IMG/VR virus record: IMGVR_UViG_3300012020_000003
Location: 46,556 to 110,555 of that record
Length of the DNA stretch: 64,000 bases
From: a virus
Taxonomy: Duplodnaviria; Caudoviricetes
Reading direction: 5' to 3' (one strand)
Part shown: piece after piece, positions 30,335-40,079 of the stretch
Numbering within the stretch: position 1 is the first letter of the stretch
Layout of the letters: every line of letters starts with the position of its first letter
Position numbers and translations under genes: made by a program
The notes under the pieces: generated by a model
Told to the model about the DNA's origin: nothing
The model's database searches: none
What the model saw: the letters and a program-made list of their open reading frames with translations, nothing else

Positions 30335-31039
30335 TCATTTTTTAAGGCGTGTTTTGGATTGAAAATATTCTTTGGTTTCTACATTCATTATCGTCAGTTT
30401 GCCATAATCTTCTCCAGCTCCGGTATCTATGTTCCATATTAAATTTCCAGCAAACATAGGCTTTGTGGTTTTCCAACATATTGTCGCAGTATGCCCAATA
30501 AATATTTCTGAAAAATTATCTGCAGTTTTTAGTCTGTCATGTTTTGATACACATAATGCTTTTTCAAAAAGACTACGATTCCACCAATATTCAGCACGGT
30601 TCTGCGTACTAATTGGTATGCGCCGATCAAACCCACCATGTATGAACAATCGATTTTGGTCATCTACATATTTTGCATGCATTGATCTAAAGAAATCAAC
30701 ATGAGTTTGTGGAATATCAAAGGGATTAATTACATCCTTTCCAGCATGTTTGATATAGGATTCCATTGTAGATATTCCACCCTGTGCCCATTTCGTCGGG
30801 TGGCTTCCAGTATTTAACCAAGTAATAAACCAATCATCGTGGTTACCGCGAATTTGAATTAAATTTTTAACTTTAAGCAACAATTCTACACATTCATAGA
30901 TGTAGGGCTGGTTACCGTCACAAATATCTCCCAACTGTATCAATGTATCGCGTTCGAAATCAAATTTTGATAATTCAAAACATTCTAACATTTGGTGATA
31001 TGCTCCATGTATATCCCCCATACAAAAAATTCTTGGCAT
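30335..31039 (-). CDS. Calcineurin-like metallophosphoesterase (Ser/Thr phosphatase)
   Basis: GDIHG, LGDICD, RGNHD, FIHGG, GHT and IDTGA motifs. Confidence 0.9.
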   Translation of the reverse strand: MPRIFCMGDIHGAYHQMLECFELSKFDFERDTLIQLGDICDGNQPYIYECVELLLKVKNLIQIRGNHDDWFITWLNTGSHPTKWAQGGISTMESYIKHAGKDVINPFDIPQTHVDFFRSMHAKYVDDQNRLFIHGGFDRRIPISTQNRAEYWWNRSLFEKALCVSKHDRLKTADNFSEIFIGHTATICWKTTKPMFAGNLIWNIDTGAGEDYGKLTIMNVETKEYFQSKTRLKK

Positions 31040-31213
31040 AATTATGGTTTAAACATTATTTTATCTGTAAATTTAATCTCTTTTAAATTAAAATTGCGTA
31101 TTACATCACGTGCATCATTAGCGTCAATATTAATTGTCAACGACTTGTTGGCCCAATTACTAATAACCATATGGTATTTATTAGTCCTGGGTTGTTGTTC
31201 AATTCGTATAATA

Positions 31214-31720
31214 TTAAGGCTCATCATATTCAACAATTGTTACTTCTGAATTTGTCAATTCGGTGGTAATTATTTTTAAAATTCTATCCCAATCTCCCCT
31301 AGCACGGTCAGCCCCTATCTTAGGAAGGCCAATACGTTTGCCCGTGAATAAACGATTTATTTTCCGCAAGCAAAGGGTCAGCGCTTCATAATCTAATGGT
31401 ATAGACATGGATGCCGGCATGTTTCTAGAATTCCAATATTGAGTATATGCATTAACAATAATTAATGGGGCTCCTGACCATTTAGATGAGACCCGATATT
31501 CGATATTTCCAAGTTTTCCAATGAATCCTGCACTTGATGGATTTTCTCCTGGGTAATAAACCGGATTCGCGGTGTCGAAATGTTTAGCCATTTGTGGGGC
31601 TAGTCCCGATCGTTGGGTGCAAAAACAATTACACCCATGCACAATCAAATCGAAATGGCCATCAATTGCTAATTTAATCAGGTCGCCTTTAACGAATTTT
31701 ATTTTGCCAGGTTGAATCAT
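31214..31720 (-). CDS. Macrodomain ADP-ribose hydrolase
   Basis: KGDL, IVHGCNCF, SGLA, VNAYTQ and PKIGA..A.GDW motifs. Confidence 0.85.
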   Translation of the reverse strand: MIQPGKIKFVKGDLIKLAIDGHFDLIVHGCNCFCTQRSGLAPQMAKHFDTANPVYYPGENPSSAGFIGKLGNIEYRVSSKWSGAPLIIVNAYTQYWNSRNMPASMSIPLDYEALTLCLRKINRLFTGKRIGLPKIGADRARGDWDRILKIITTELTNSEVTIVEYDEP

Positions 31721-31955
31721 ATTTTTGTATTTTTAAAATGTTTTGTTCAAGATCATACGTCAATTTTTTAATTCGGATGTCACAATCCGATGTATTAATA
31801 TATTTGACACGTTCGACATATACCGTATCGACTTGTGGGACTGGTTGTATAAGTTCAATCTGCTTTGGAATTGAACGTGATTTACGATAATCATTATACA
31901 AATAGGCTGTAACAATTATATAAGCTATCCCTGCTAAAATTATATATTTCATAAA

Positions 31956-32411
31956 TTAAAAATTAGCATTGATATAATTCTTAAGCATATTCAAATTCGT
32001 GGTTCTAAATCCAGTATGGGCAGGATGACTAAACCCATATTCTGTGATCCGATTAGGTTTAGCACCGCTTCCAGACATGCTTATATTTCCACCAGTAGGT
32101 CGGATTTTTTTGCATAAAACTTGGTATAAAGCCCAAGGATCAGTGTCTTGGGTTGCTTCCCAAATTTCGTTATTTCTAATTCGAGTTAATGCATTATGAT
32201 ATTTTATGCTATGATTAGATTCTAAAAAATCGGCACATTGCAATACCATATCATCGAAATTGTTTAAGTCGGAATAGACTCCTGCTGTGAAATACGTTAC
32301 AAAATCTCGGGTTTTGCCACCTAATTTAAGTGTCAGTGTATCATTATTAAATGTTACATTCGAATTGATGAACATTTCATCTACAATTGCGTTTAATTGT
32401 TCTAAATTCAT
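31956..32411 (-). CDS. Hypothetical protein
   Basis: Start reassigned to MNLEQL because the longer ORF overlaps a tRNA-like gene. Confidence 0.55.
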   Translation of the reverse strand: MNLEQLNAIVDEMFINSNVTFNNDTLTLKLGGKTRDFVTYFTAGVYSDLNNFDDMVLQCADFLESNHSIKYHNALTRIRNNEIWEATQDTDPWALYQVLCKKIRPTGGNISMSGSGAKPNRITEYGFSHPAHTGFRTTNLNMLKNYINANF

Positions 32412-32426
32412 TTTTATTTTATTTAG

Positions 32427-32500
32427 TAGGTGCAATGGGATTCGAACCCATTTCACTATCCAGCCCATGCCGGATCGCTTAACCCTAAAGCTCTACACCT
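32427..32500 (-). tRNA. tRNA-like gene with aberrant (8-nt or closed) anticodon loop containing TGGG
   Basis: Acceptor AGGTGTA/TGCACCT, D stem GCTT/AAGC, ATCCG-GCATGGGC-TGGAT, T arm ATGGG-TTCGAAT-CCCAT. Confidence 0.65.
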
Positions 32501-32946
32501 ATTTTTTGAATTTTACCATAAAACAGACCAACCGTGTCGTATGATAATACATCAATTTGTAACCGTGACCGTTTTGATAATTTATCATTGATGACATACT
32601 CTCCTTGATACGGACAATTACATAATACTTGAATTGAATCTCCCATTTTAAATCTATCTAGCAAATCTCTTGATATAGCCACGGACTTCATCAATCGTTT
32701 CGGGTCAATAATTGTGCCATCAGCAGTCTCCAAGTGATTTCCATGGGTTTGCTCTGGAACTGGATTATACACGGTTATTTTAACATATTCATCGACAATA
32801 TTAAAGTCAACACATTGGTCTGGATGTGATGTAGGGTTCGTATATGTTTCAAAGCAATAAATCGAACTTAATAGAAGTATTGCCGCAAAAATAAAATATC
32901 GAACACTGAAAATTTCACTTTTAATATTTTGTATTAATGTCATATA
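32485..32946 (-). CDS. Membrane-anchored 3D-domain (lytic transglycosylase-like) protein
   Basis: TM segment, T.YNP, TADG, VAISRDL, IND and IDVL aspartate motifs. Confidence 0.75.
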   Translation of the reverse strand, partial: YMTLIQNIKSEIFSVRYFIFAAILLLSSIYCFETYTNPTSHPDQCVDFNIVDEYVKITVYNPVPEQTHGNHLETADGTIIDPKRLMKSVAISRDLLDRFKMGDSIQVLCNCPYQGEYVINDKLSKRSRLQIDVLSYDTVGLFYGKIQKIGVEL

Positions 32947-34154
32947 TTTGTTAGATTCATTTTTGGATTGTCGGACACCCAAAACGCTGCCTTTTTTATC
33001 TCAGGCACATTTAACTGATTGATTAAATGTTCTTTAAATTGAGTTGGGGTAAGGCCAAGTTCATGCACCACACCATCTTCGCGAGATACACATTCGATAT
33101 TTTCCGTCATCAATTGGTCATAACATGTAAATATTATATGGTCAGTTGTATATGTATATTTGGTTAGTTCATGCTCCAAAAAATTAACTCTTAATGCATA
33201 TTCTAATAATTGTAAATCTAATTTAGAAACTTTAAAATCGTGTTGATACAAATTAAATCTATTCACTTCCATTTCCGTGTTCCGTAACAGTATAGGAAAT
33301 TGTTCAAACGGCCCTGCACCATGTCTGGTATGATAACAACGGCTTACTGCATACCGATATATACACATACGCTTATAAGCAGTTAAATATTTATTAACAT
33401 AATCATAGGCAGGTGCTGATGTCGTCGTACTTCTAGTGACATGTGGAAACATGCCATATTTCTGATCTAACAGAATGCCTTGGTTTGGTTCGAAAATAAT
33501 GTCCGAATATAAATCGTGATCTGGAAGTTCTAAGATATTAACTATTTTAGTCACATCTAAATAGGCTTGTAATTCGTCATCTAAATCAATTACATCCAGG
33601 ACTGAACTTGGTACGCCCCAATCACGATAATACTCTTTAATCGATTGTAATTTAAGTTTCAGAATATATGGGTTAGAATTAACCATCATACCAACCGTAA
33701 ATTGGCATTTTTTATTACGTTCAATCGTCGCATTGAAGCCCATACCAACTGATCCATGACGATTAACGCCTTTGCTATCTTCAGACCATCTGTTAAAAGC
33801 GATGTCGTATGATGTTGTAACCATGACATCAGGATGATAATAGTTAACTGGTTCGAAATTTCTAAAGCTTAGCTGTTCGTATTCAATTGCCAATCCAAGT
33901 GGGAACATGGTTGTCTCCGGGCCATACCAGGTTGGAACATCTTGAAATACCCCCGACCCAAAATTTCTAAATTCATGTAGAATCGAAGGTTTCCCAGGCT
34001 CTTTAAATTTAACAGTATGACCAACTTGATGTCCGCCTTGCAATCGGATGACTAAAAACCTTGCAGTTGGAAGACCAGCTCGTATTATATAGTCAACAGT
34101 TGAACCCTTTCCGGAATCGCCGTAACCAAGATCAGTGATAATATGTGCGTTCAT
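32940..34154 (-). CDS. Adenylosuccinate synthetase-like ligase (divergent PurA)
   Basis: DLGYGDSGKG, GGHQVGHT, FEPNQGILLD...FPHVTRS and YHTRHGAGPF motifs. Confidence 0.85.
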   Translation of the reverse strand: MNAHIITDLGYGDSGKGSTVDYIIRAGLPTARFLVIRLQGGHQVGHTVKFKEPGKPSILHEFRNFGSGVFQDVPTWYGPETTMFPLGLAIEYEQLSFRNFEPVNYYHPDVMVTTSYDIAFNRWSEDSKGVNRHGSVGMGFNATIERNKKCQFTVGMMVNSNPYILKLKLQSIKEYYRDWGVPSSVLDVIDLDDELQAYLDVTKIVNILELPDHDLYSDIIFEPNQGILLDQKYGMFPHVTRSTTTSAPAYDYVNKYLTAYKRMCIYRYAVSRCYHTRHGAGPFEQFPILLRNTEMEVNRFNLYQHDFKVSKLDLQLLEYALRVNFLEHELTKYTYTTDHIIFTCYDQLMTENIECVSREDGVVHELGLTPTQFKEHLINQLNVPEIKKAAFWVSDNPKMNLTNI

Positions 34155-34157
34155 GCG

Positions 34158-35036
34158 TTATAAAGTGATTTTAAAAGTGTCTGATGTATCCACTGGAATA
34201 GGGTCAACGATTGCTTGAGCTGGTTGTGAGTTATCGATGGTATCTTTATTCAATTCAAGAATTTTTGCCGAAATAATATCAGGAATCTGATGATAATCAG
34301 TGACCACAATTAAATTGTCTCCAAACAGTTGTCTCCAAGACGGAGAAGTTCTTGTTCCGTGTTCAATTGAGATATGAAATAAATCCCAATTCTTTTTGGC
34401 CTTTTCATACAACGTAATGTCAGTTTCGTCAATATTTTGGCCACCAAATAATGCGTTTAAAACGCCACGCGGATAAGATCTTAGGTTTGGTTCATCACCA
34501 ATTGAAAACAATATTCCTTTTTTGCCCCGTTTTTCAATGTGGTCACATGCTGTATGATCGGCAGCAAATTTCCAGGCTAAAGCATACGATTCGCCATCGT
34601 TGCCGCCACCACCACGTTCTAACCAGACGGATTGCAGCCACTTATCCATTAATTCATCGGATGACTCAAACTGCCCTACTTGAAATGGAGCTCTATCACA
34701 TTCATGATCACCAATTGCCGAGAAACATATCTGTGGATGTTCAATTCCAGCATTAATTATTTTCGAAACAATATCAGGTAACCCGTCAGCGATAAACATC
34801 CTAGGGATCGTGCTCATGGATCCGGTCACATCAAGCGATATAATTATGGGAATTGAATATGGATGTTCTGCAGAATCTCGAGACTCACGAATTTTTCCAT
34901 ATATTACCATATCAGGATGAATCTGCTGCTCCCGGTTCTGTTTAAAAATATCATCATTGGATACGGTGCTGTCTTTATATCCAGATGCATCCGCCCTTGA
35001 CGTTCTGCAACTAAAATTGTATGATCCGTCACCCAT
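34158..35036 (-). CDS. von Willebrand factor A domain protein
   Basis: MIDAS DVTGSM, GGGGNDGESY and IGDE motifs. Confidence 0.85.
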   Translation of the reverse strand: MGDGSYNFSCRTSRADASGYKDSTVSNDDIFKQNREQQIHPDMVIYGKIRESRDSAEHPYSIPIIISLDVTGSMSTIPRMFIADGLPDIVSKIINAGIEHPQICFSAIGDHECDRAPFQVGQFESSDELMDKWLQSVWLERGGGGNDGESYALAWKFAADHTACDHIEKRGKKGILFSIGDEPNLRSYPRGVLNALFGGQNIDETDITLYEKAKKNWDLFHISIEHGTRTSPSWRQLFGDNLIVVTDYHQIPDIISAKILELNKDTIDNSQPAQAIVDPIPVDTSDTFKITL

Positions 35037-35377
35037 TATTCTTCAATTTTTTCCTTTGATACACCAAATAATTCTTCGTAACCGCGTCTAGCAACTTCTA
35101 GTTTAATAGTTGTTTCTCTGATGGAGATGCCTAATGCAATATGGGATTTAATGAATTCAGCAGAATCGAAATCCGATGGGTTAATAATTGTCTGGGTATT
35201 ACCTGGATTGACATCCAATAATTGTGCCCTGTCATTGTTTAACTGTTCTAACTTGTCGTTTAAATCTTCTACTTCACGACGATACATTTTTTCGGCCGAT
35301 TTTACGATTTGTTTACCTCTATCGTCTCTAAGCTCTTTGTTATTTCGCAATAACATTTTTTCAAAAATTCCTGACAT
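35036..35377 (-). CDS. Coiled-coil hypothetical protein
   Basis: Heptad-rich; coupled to the vWA gene. Confidence 0.65.
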   Translation of the reverse strand: MSGIFEKMLLRNNKELRDDRGKQIVKSAEKMYRREVEDLNDKLEQLNNDRAQLLDVNPGNTQTIINPSDFDSAEFIKSHIALGISIRETTIKLEVARRGYEELFGVSKEKIEE

Positions 35378-35398
35378 TTTATTAAATTTAAATTATTA

Positions 35399-35986
35399 CT
35401 AATTAAGTCCTAACTCATTCCATAATAAAGATATGATAAATGAGAACATTTCCTTTTGCATGTCCGACATTCTGTCTACGAAACTCGGAAATTCATTTTG
35501 ATATTTATTATACATGCTCGAATGTGTCATCTTTGAAAATTGAACATTTGCCAGTATGTCACATAATTTAACATATACCGCCAGGTCGTTTGACATTAAG
35601 AGTGAATAATATTCTTCTGAGTGTCTTTCCTTTCTATTTCTACCACGACACTCAGTACAAGCAAATATTGCTTCAGCAATCATGATCGCGAAATCGCGAC
35701 GATAATAAAAAGTGGCTTCGGCTATAATATCATTATACGTCAATCTAGCATCTTCAATTAAATCATGACCTTGAGCCACAAATTTTGCCATCCATATATC
35801 GAATCTAGGGTTACTAACCCAGTCTTTACCTGACCACTCTATATATTCATATAATCTGCCTGCATGTCCCGAGACTATGTCCAAATGAAACGAGTATGGC
35901 AATGCATCGTTATATTTTTGATTGCATACAACATCGTGTCGGGTTTGGCAAAATGCTTGCCAAGATTTAAATGTGTTAATATTCAT
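35399..35986 (-). CDS. RelA/SpoT-type HD hydrolase (Mesh1/SAH-like)
   Basis: H..Q.Y..LPY.FHL, HDLIED and VKLCD...N motifs. Confidence 0.8.
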   Translation of the reverse strand: MNINTFKSWQAFCQTRHDVVCNQKYNDALPYSFHLDIVSGHAGRLYEYIEWSGKDWVSNPRFDIWMAKFVAQGHDLIEDARLTYNDIIAEATFYYRRDFAIMIAEAIFACTECRGRNRKERHSEEYYSLLMSNDLAVYVKLCDILANVQFSKMTHSSMYNKYQNEFPSFVDRMSDMQKEMFSFIISLLWNELGLN

Positions 35987-36355
35987 TCTGGTTTATATTT
36001 ATAAGTTGCGTAAACTGCTGATTGACTACGATTAAACATCTCTTGAGTCCAGGTTGGATGCAAGACCTGTCTAATTGAATCTTGCTTTAATGAATCTAGT
36101 GTTAAATATTCCTTATAGATTTCTTCAACAGAAGGTTCTGAACAATGTTCAGGTCTTCTATCTGTTACAGCATCTATCACTGCTCCGATAGTTATTGCTG
36201 GCATTGCAGGTATTTGGTTAACTACCGGTATTTTGTGTTTATAACGATTGAACCAATATATTGGATGTCCGTAATTACCTGATCTCGTTTGTGCGTCAAC
36301 TTTAACAGTTAAACACATAAAAATGGTTAATAATGTTATTAATGTTTTCATACAA

Positions 36356-36417
36356 CAAAAATACAACGTTTTTATAATATAAACAAACTTTATTAAACTA
36401 TTAACATTTAATTAACA
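36356..36417 (-). promoter_or_regulatory. Promoter with direct-repeat box
   Basis: CAAAAATA 36356-36363, 37-nt gap, TTAACA 36401 and 36412. Confidence 0.7.
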
Positions 36418-36571
36418 TTAGGCTTCACCTACGGTTTGTATTTTTGGAACTGGTGGATACATAATATATAAATTATATGTACCAATTATTGGATTTGCCC
36501 TAATTAATTCCTTAACGATTACCATAATTTGATTAATGCTAATTGGAGACATAACCCAAATTTCATGTGTT

Positions 36572-37000
36572 TCATGCTTCACTAGGTACTGCATCGTCAG
36601 TTGTTTTTGCTTCTAAAGTTTTGATGTTTTCCGCTTTTATGGCGGATAACAATTCTATACTTGATGCCTCTCCTCTTACCAGTGCCTGGTTTAATAATAA
36701 ATACCAAATATTTGGCGGAAATGAATTAGGCATTGTTGGAAATCTCTCTTTAATTTCAGTTTGGTATGCCTTGAATTTTTCTAATAACTCTGTGAAAGTC
36801 AACCGCTTTTTCTCTAAGGCTATCTTTCCAGAAATATACTTTGATGCCGCTGCATATCCTTGGTTCTTTAACAGTTTCTGCATGACGGTCATGGTTGTCC
36901 GTTTTTCTAGCTTATCATCTGTTTGACCAGGATTATCAATTTTGTGCAGCGTGACATATTGATTTACCTTTTCTACTAATATTACTGGGACTCGTTTCAT
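36572..37000 (-). CDS. Hypothetical protein
   Basis: ORF coupled to the upstream gene. Confidence 0.55.
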   Translation of the reverse strand: MKRVPVILVEKVNQYVTLHKIDNPGQTDDKLEKRTTMTVMQKLLKNQGYAAASKYISGKIALEKKRLTFTELLEKFKAYQTEIKERFPTMPNSFPPNIWYLLLNQALVRGEASSIELLSAIKAENIKTLEAKTTDDAVPSEA

Positions 37001-37581
37001 ATAACTTCAATTAATTTAGAGTGATCTAATCTATAACTATCAACAATTGAGACAATATCTGAAATTTTTGATCTAACCTTGTATCGTTTTCCTTGAGTTG
37101 GACGAACAACCATTACTTCTGGCAATGGTTTGATTCCAGCAAATATTTCGAACCGGTTATATAATTCAATGGTATTCATGACTTTAAATTCATGATCCAT
37201 AAATACAAATTCCTTTGGCATATCTTCGAATGAATAATAATCATACCGTAACGATTGCATAAAATCTTCAATTATACCAATATTCATTCGGTAAAAGCTT
37301 GCCAAAGTTTTATAAACCTCTTGCAGGTTAGTTACTTTTTGGGCCATAATGGTATTAATGTCAGGCCGAATGTCAGTGATTGTAACTATTCCCGATCGAG
37401 CCATAGTAAATACAAATTCAACAAATTCGTCGTTGCCGAATCCAGGAATGTCTACTTGATATTCGCGAAACAATGAATTAGGATCTGTATTTGTTGGGGT
37501 CAATTTTCCAAATCTATCAAATATTGCTCGCATTTGATTTGGATCTTGCATCGTCGATGTAGCTATTTTAAATTTTGCCAT
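36997..37581 (-). CDS. Hypothetical protein next to the IS right end
   Basis: Likely current start MAKFKIA. Confidence 0.6.
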   Translation of the reverse strand: MAKFKIATSTMQDPNQMRAIFDRFGKLTPTNTDPNSLFREYQVDIPGFGNDEFVEFVFTMARSGIVTITDIRPDINTIMAQKVTNLQEVYKTLASFYRMNIGIIEDFMQSLRYDYYSFEDMPKEFVFMDHEFKVMNTIELYNRFEIFAGIKPLPEVMVVRPTQGKRYKVRSKISDIVSIVDSYRLDHSKLIEVI

Positions 37582-37618
37582 AATTAATTTGTGTTTTTGT
37601 GTGAATAATATTAGTGAA

Positions 37619-38818
37619 CTACCCACCCACGCCAAAGGCGATGGGTTGGGCTTCGGGTTTCGCAGAGTGTGCGTTATTACTAACGTCTGATTTCCTCTCC
37701 ACCTTTGTAATCGACAGTCCCTGCCGATGTATTTTTAAACCTTCTTTTAGAATATTGACACTTGCATTTACATCTCTGTCGTGTACAACACCACAAGAGT
37801 TACAAGTCCATTCTCTATCTGAAAGTTTTAATTCTTGATTTATCCAACCACAATCTCCGCAAGTCTTTGATGATGGATAGAAACGATTAACTTTAACCAA
37901 TTCCTTTCCATACCAATCACACTTATATCGAAGAAGTGTAACAAAATTACCCCAACTTGCATCAGCAATATGTTTGGATAATTTGTGGTTTTTAATCATA
38001 CCTTTCACGTTCAAGTCTTCGCATACAATTAGGTCGTTTTCATTAACTAATTGATGCGAAACCTTGTGTAAGGTATCTAACCTACAACTTGCAATTTTCT
38101 CGTGAATTTTAGCGACTTTGAGCTTTTGTTTCTCAAACCCATTACTACCCTTTTGTTTACGAGATAAGTGCTGTTGTGCTTTCTTTAATTGTTTTGCATA
38201 TTTCTTTGTATATCTGTTATTTTTAAATTTCTTGTTATCAGACGTAATCACAAAATCTTTTAGCCCCAAGTCTATTCCAACTTGTTTGTTAGTTTTTGGT
38301 AAATCCTCAATTCGTTGTTCGGTGAAAATGGAAACATAATATTTTCCAGTAGTTGTTTTGGTAATACACATTTTACCAATTTCACCTTTAACTTCTCTAT
38401 GCAATTTTACTTTAATTCCACCTTTAAACTTAGGTAGTATTATCTTACCATCTTCAAGTTTTCCGAATTGTGGTACAGTAAAAGTATTTTTATGTTTCCT
38501 TGATTTAAACTTTGGGAATTGTGCGTTACCTCTAAAAAAGTTTACATAAGCAGTATCTAAAGAACGTAAAGCAAATTGCAGAGTTTGGCTATTTACCTCT
38601 TTTAACCAAATTGTATCTTCTTGCTTTTTTAAATCAGTTAATGTTTTTGCTTGTGCGTAATAGTTATCTGATTTTTTATTCTTCTGATACTGTTCTTTAC
38701 GTTCATTTAAAAAGTAATTATAGACAAAACGGGAACAACCAAAGTGTTTATTTAGTAACACTTCTTGCTCTTTATCAGGGCAAATCCTAAACCGATATGT
38801 TTTATTAATTACTCGCAT
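37619..38818 (-). CDS. tnpB: RNA-guided endonuclease TnpB
   Basis: N-terminal HTH, RuvC GIDLG / EDL / DRDVNA, zinc finger CGDC..CNSC; all three catalytic acidic residues present. Confidence 0.95.
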   Translation of the reverse strand: MRVINKTYRFRICPDKEQEVLLNKHFGCSRFVYNYFLNERKEQYQKNKKSDNYYAQAKTLTDLKKQEDTIWLKEVNSQTLQFALRSLDTAYVNFFRGNAQFPKFKSRKHKNTFTVPQFGKLEDGKIILPKFKGGIKVKLHREVKGEIGKMCITKTTTGKYYVSIFTEQRIEDLPKTNKQVGIDLGLKDFVITSDNKKFKNNRYTKKYAKQLKKAQQHLSRKQKGSNGFEKQKLKVAKIHEKIASCRLDTLHKVSHQLVNENDLIVCEDLNVKGMIKNHKLSKHIADASWGNFVTLLRYKCDWYGKELVKVNRFYPSSKTCGDCGWINQELKLSDREWTCNSCGVVHDRDVNASVNILKEGLKIHRQGLSITKVERKSDVSNNAHSAKPEAQPIAFGVGG

Positions 38819-38933
38819 CTATTATTAAATAGTCTAAACTTTTGTAAAAGTACAATTTTTTTACAATATCCGCAAATATTTTGTAAAACATTCCGTGTTC
38901 GGGTAAAAATGTTTCACAAAATATTCGCTACGT

Positions 38934-39344
38934 ATGTCTAAAAAATCACAGTACACTTCAACAAATCGTTCAAAACATTATTTAAAATGTCATTTAATTC
39001 TTGTTACTAAGTATCGTAGAAATATCTTAATAGGTCAGTTAAATGATGATTTAAAGTCTATATTTCAAACCATAGCTGATAATTCAGATTTTGAAATAGA
39101 AGTAATGGAGTCTGATATTAACCACATTCATTTTTTAATTCGTTACATACCTCGTCTTTCAATATCACAATTAGTTCGTAGATTAAAACAAGAATCCACT
39201 CGTCAGTTATGGTTACTACATCCTACTACACTTCGTCAATATTATTGGTATCGTAAGTTACTTTGGTCAGATGGTTTCTTTGTTTGTTCTATTGGTGAAG
39301 CATCACCAGAAACTATACGTCAATATATTTTAACACAAGGCTAA
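38934..39344 (+). CDS. tnpA: Y1 HUH transposase
   Basis: HLILVTKYR, HIH HUH motif, LWSDGFF, YILTQ catalytic Tyr. Confidence 0.95.
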   Translation: MSKKSQYTSTNRSKHYLKCHLILVTKYRRNILIGQLNDDLKSIFQTIADNSDFEIEVMESDINHIHFLIRYIPRLSISQLVRRLKQESTRQLWLLHPTTLRQYYWYRKLLWSDGFFVCSIGEASPETIRQYILTQG

Positions 39345-40079
39345 TGGTCGCTTACATCCCACCCACATTCTGATGGGTGGGTTTTACGCTCCGTCATATA
39401 AATCGATTATTTCAAATAAAATATCTGTTAATTTAATTGGCATGCCCCATTTTATTATTTTAAATGTAAATATAATAATTTTATTTCAGAAAACCAAATT
39501 ATTTCTGATATTTTTTTAATCGTTTTTCTTGGTAGTCAATAAATTTGTTAAAGCCATCTCTTGCTTTACTGTCAGTTGTTTTTAGAAATTCGTTCACGGC
39601 AGTTAAAATTTTACGGTTGTTTAAATATTCATTCATTGAATGAATTTCCATAAGTGTCTGCATGTGCCCTAATGTAAAGGACCATTTTTTTATTTCTTTA
39701 CGAACCCGTTTACCAACGAGCTTATGTTTATCAATTGTTTGTTGGATTGAATCCGAATGAATCTTCATACACTAAAATTTTTATTTTACATTTCAACACG
39801 GTCAATTCGTCAATGACCCATTGTGTTTCAATACATCCTGGGTGATGAAATAATACGGCACCATCTACCGAATGTTTTAATTCGTCGAATCCGTTATAAT
39901 ATGCTGATTTAGCATTATGTTCGGCAACAAACCGTTCACAACAATGATCAATATGAGCTATCGAATTGCTATATAACATAAATGTAGATGCACAGATTAA
40001 ACTTTCAGGCACAATTGTTTCGATAATAGTCTTGAATTTATTGTAATTCTTGAACTGATATGGACCATTAATAAATAAA

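Larger units (their letters stand above)
37614..39397 (-). mobile_element. IS200/IS605-family element (IS605 group, divergent tnpA/tnpB)
   Basis: tnpA and tnpB, subterminal hairpins at ~37621-37650 and ~39357-39382, right end ...GTTCAC, TTTAT just outside the inferred left end, no target duplication. Confidence 0.9.

Noticed and set aside
32940-35986. PurZ + DatZ 2-aminoadenine (Z-genome) pathway
   Set aside because: The PurA-like P-loop keeps Asp (GDSGKG) rather than the Ser of PurZ (GSTGKG). The HD protein has RelA/SpoT-type motifs rather than DatZ-type, and no MazZ is seen.
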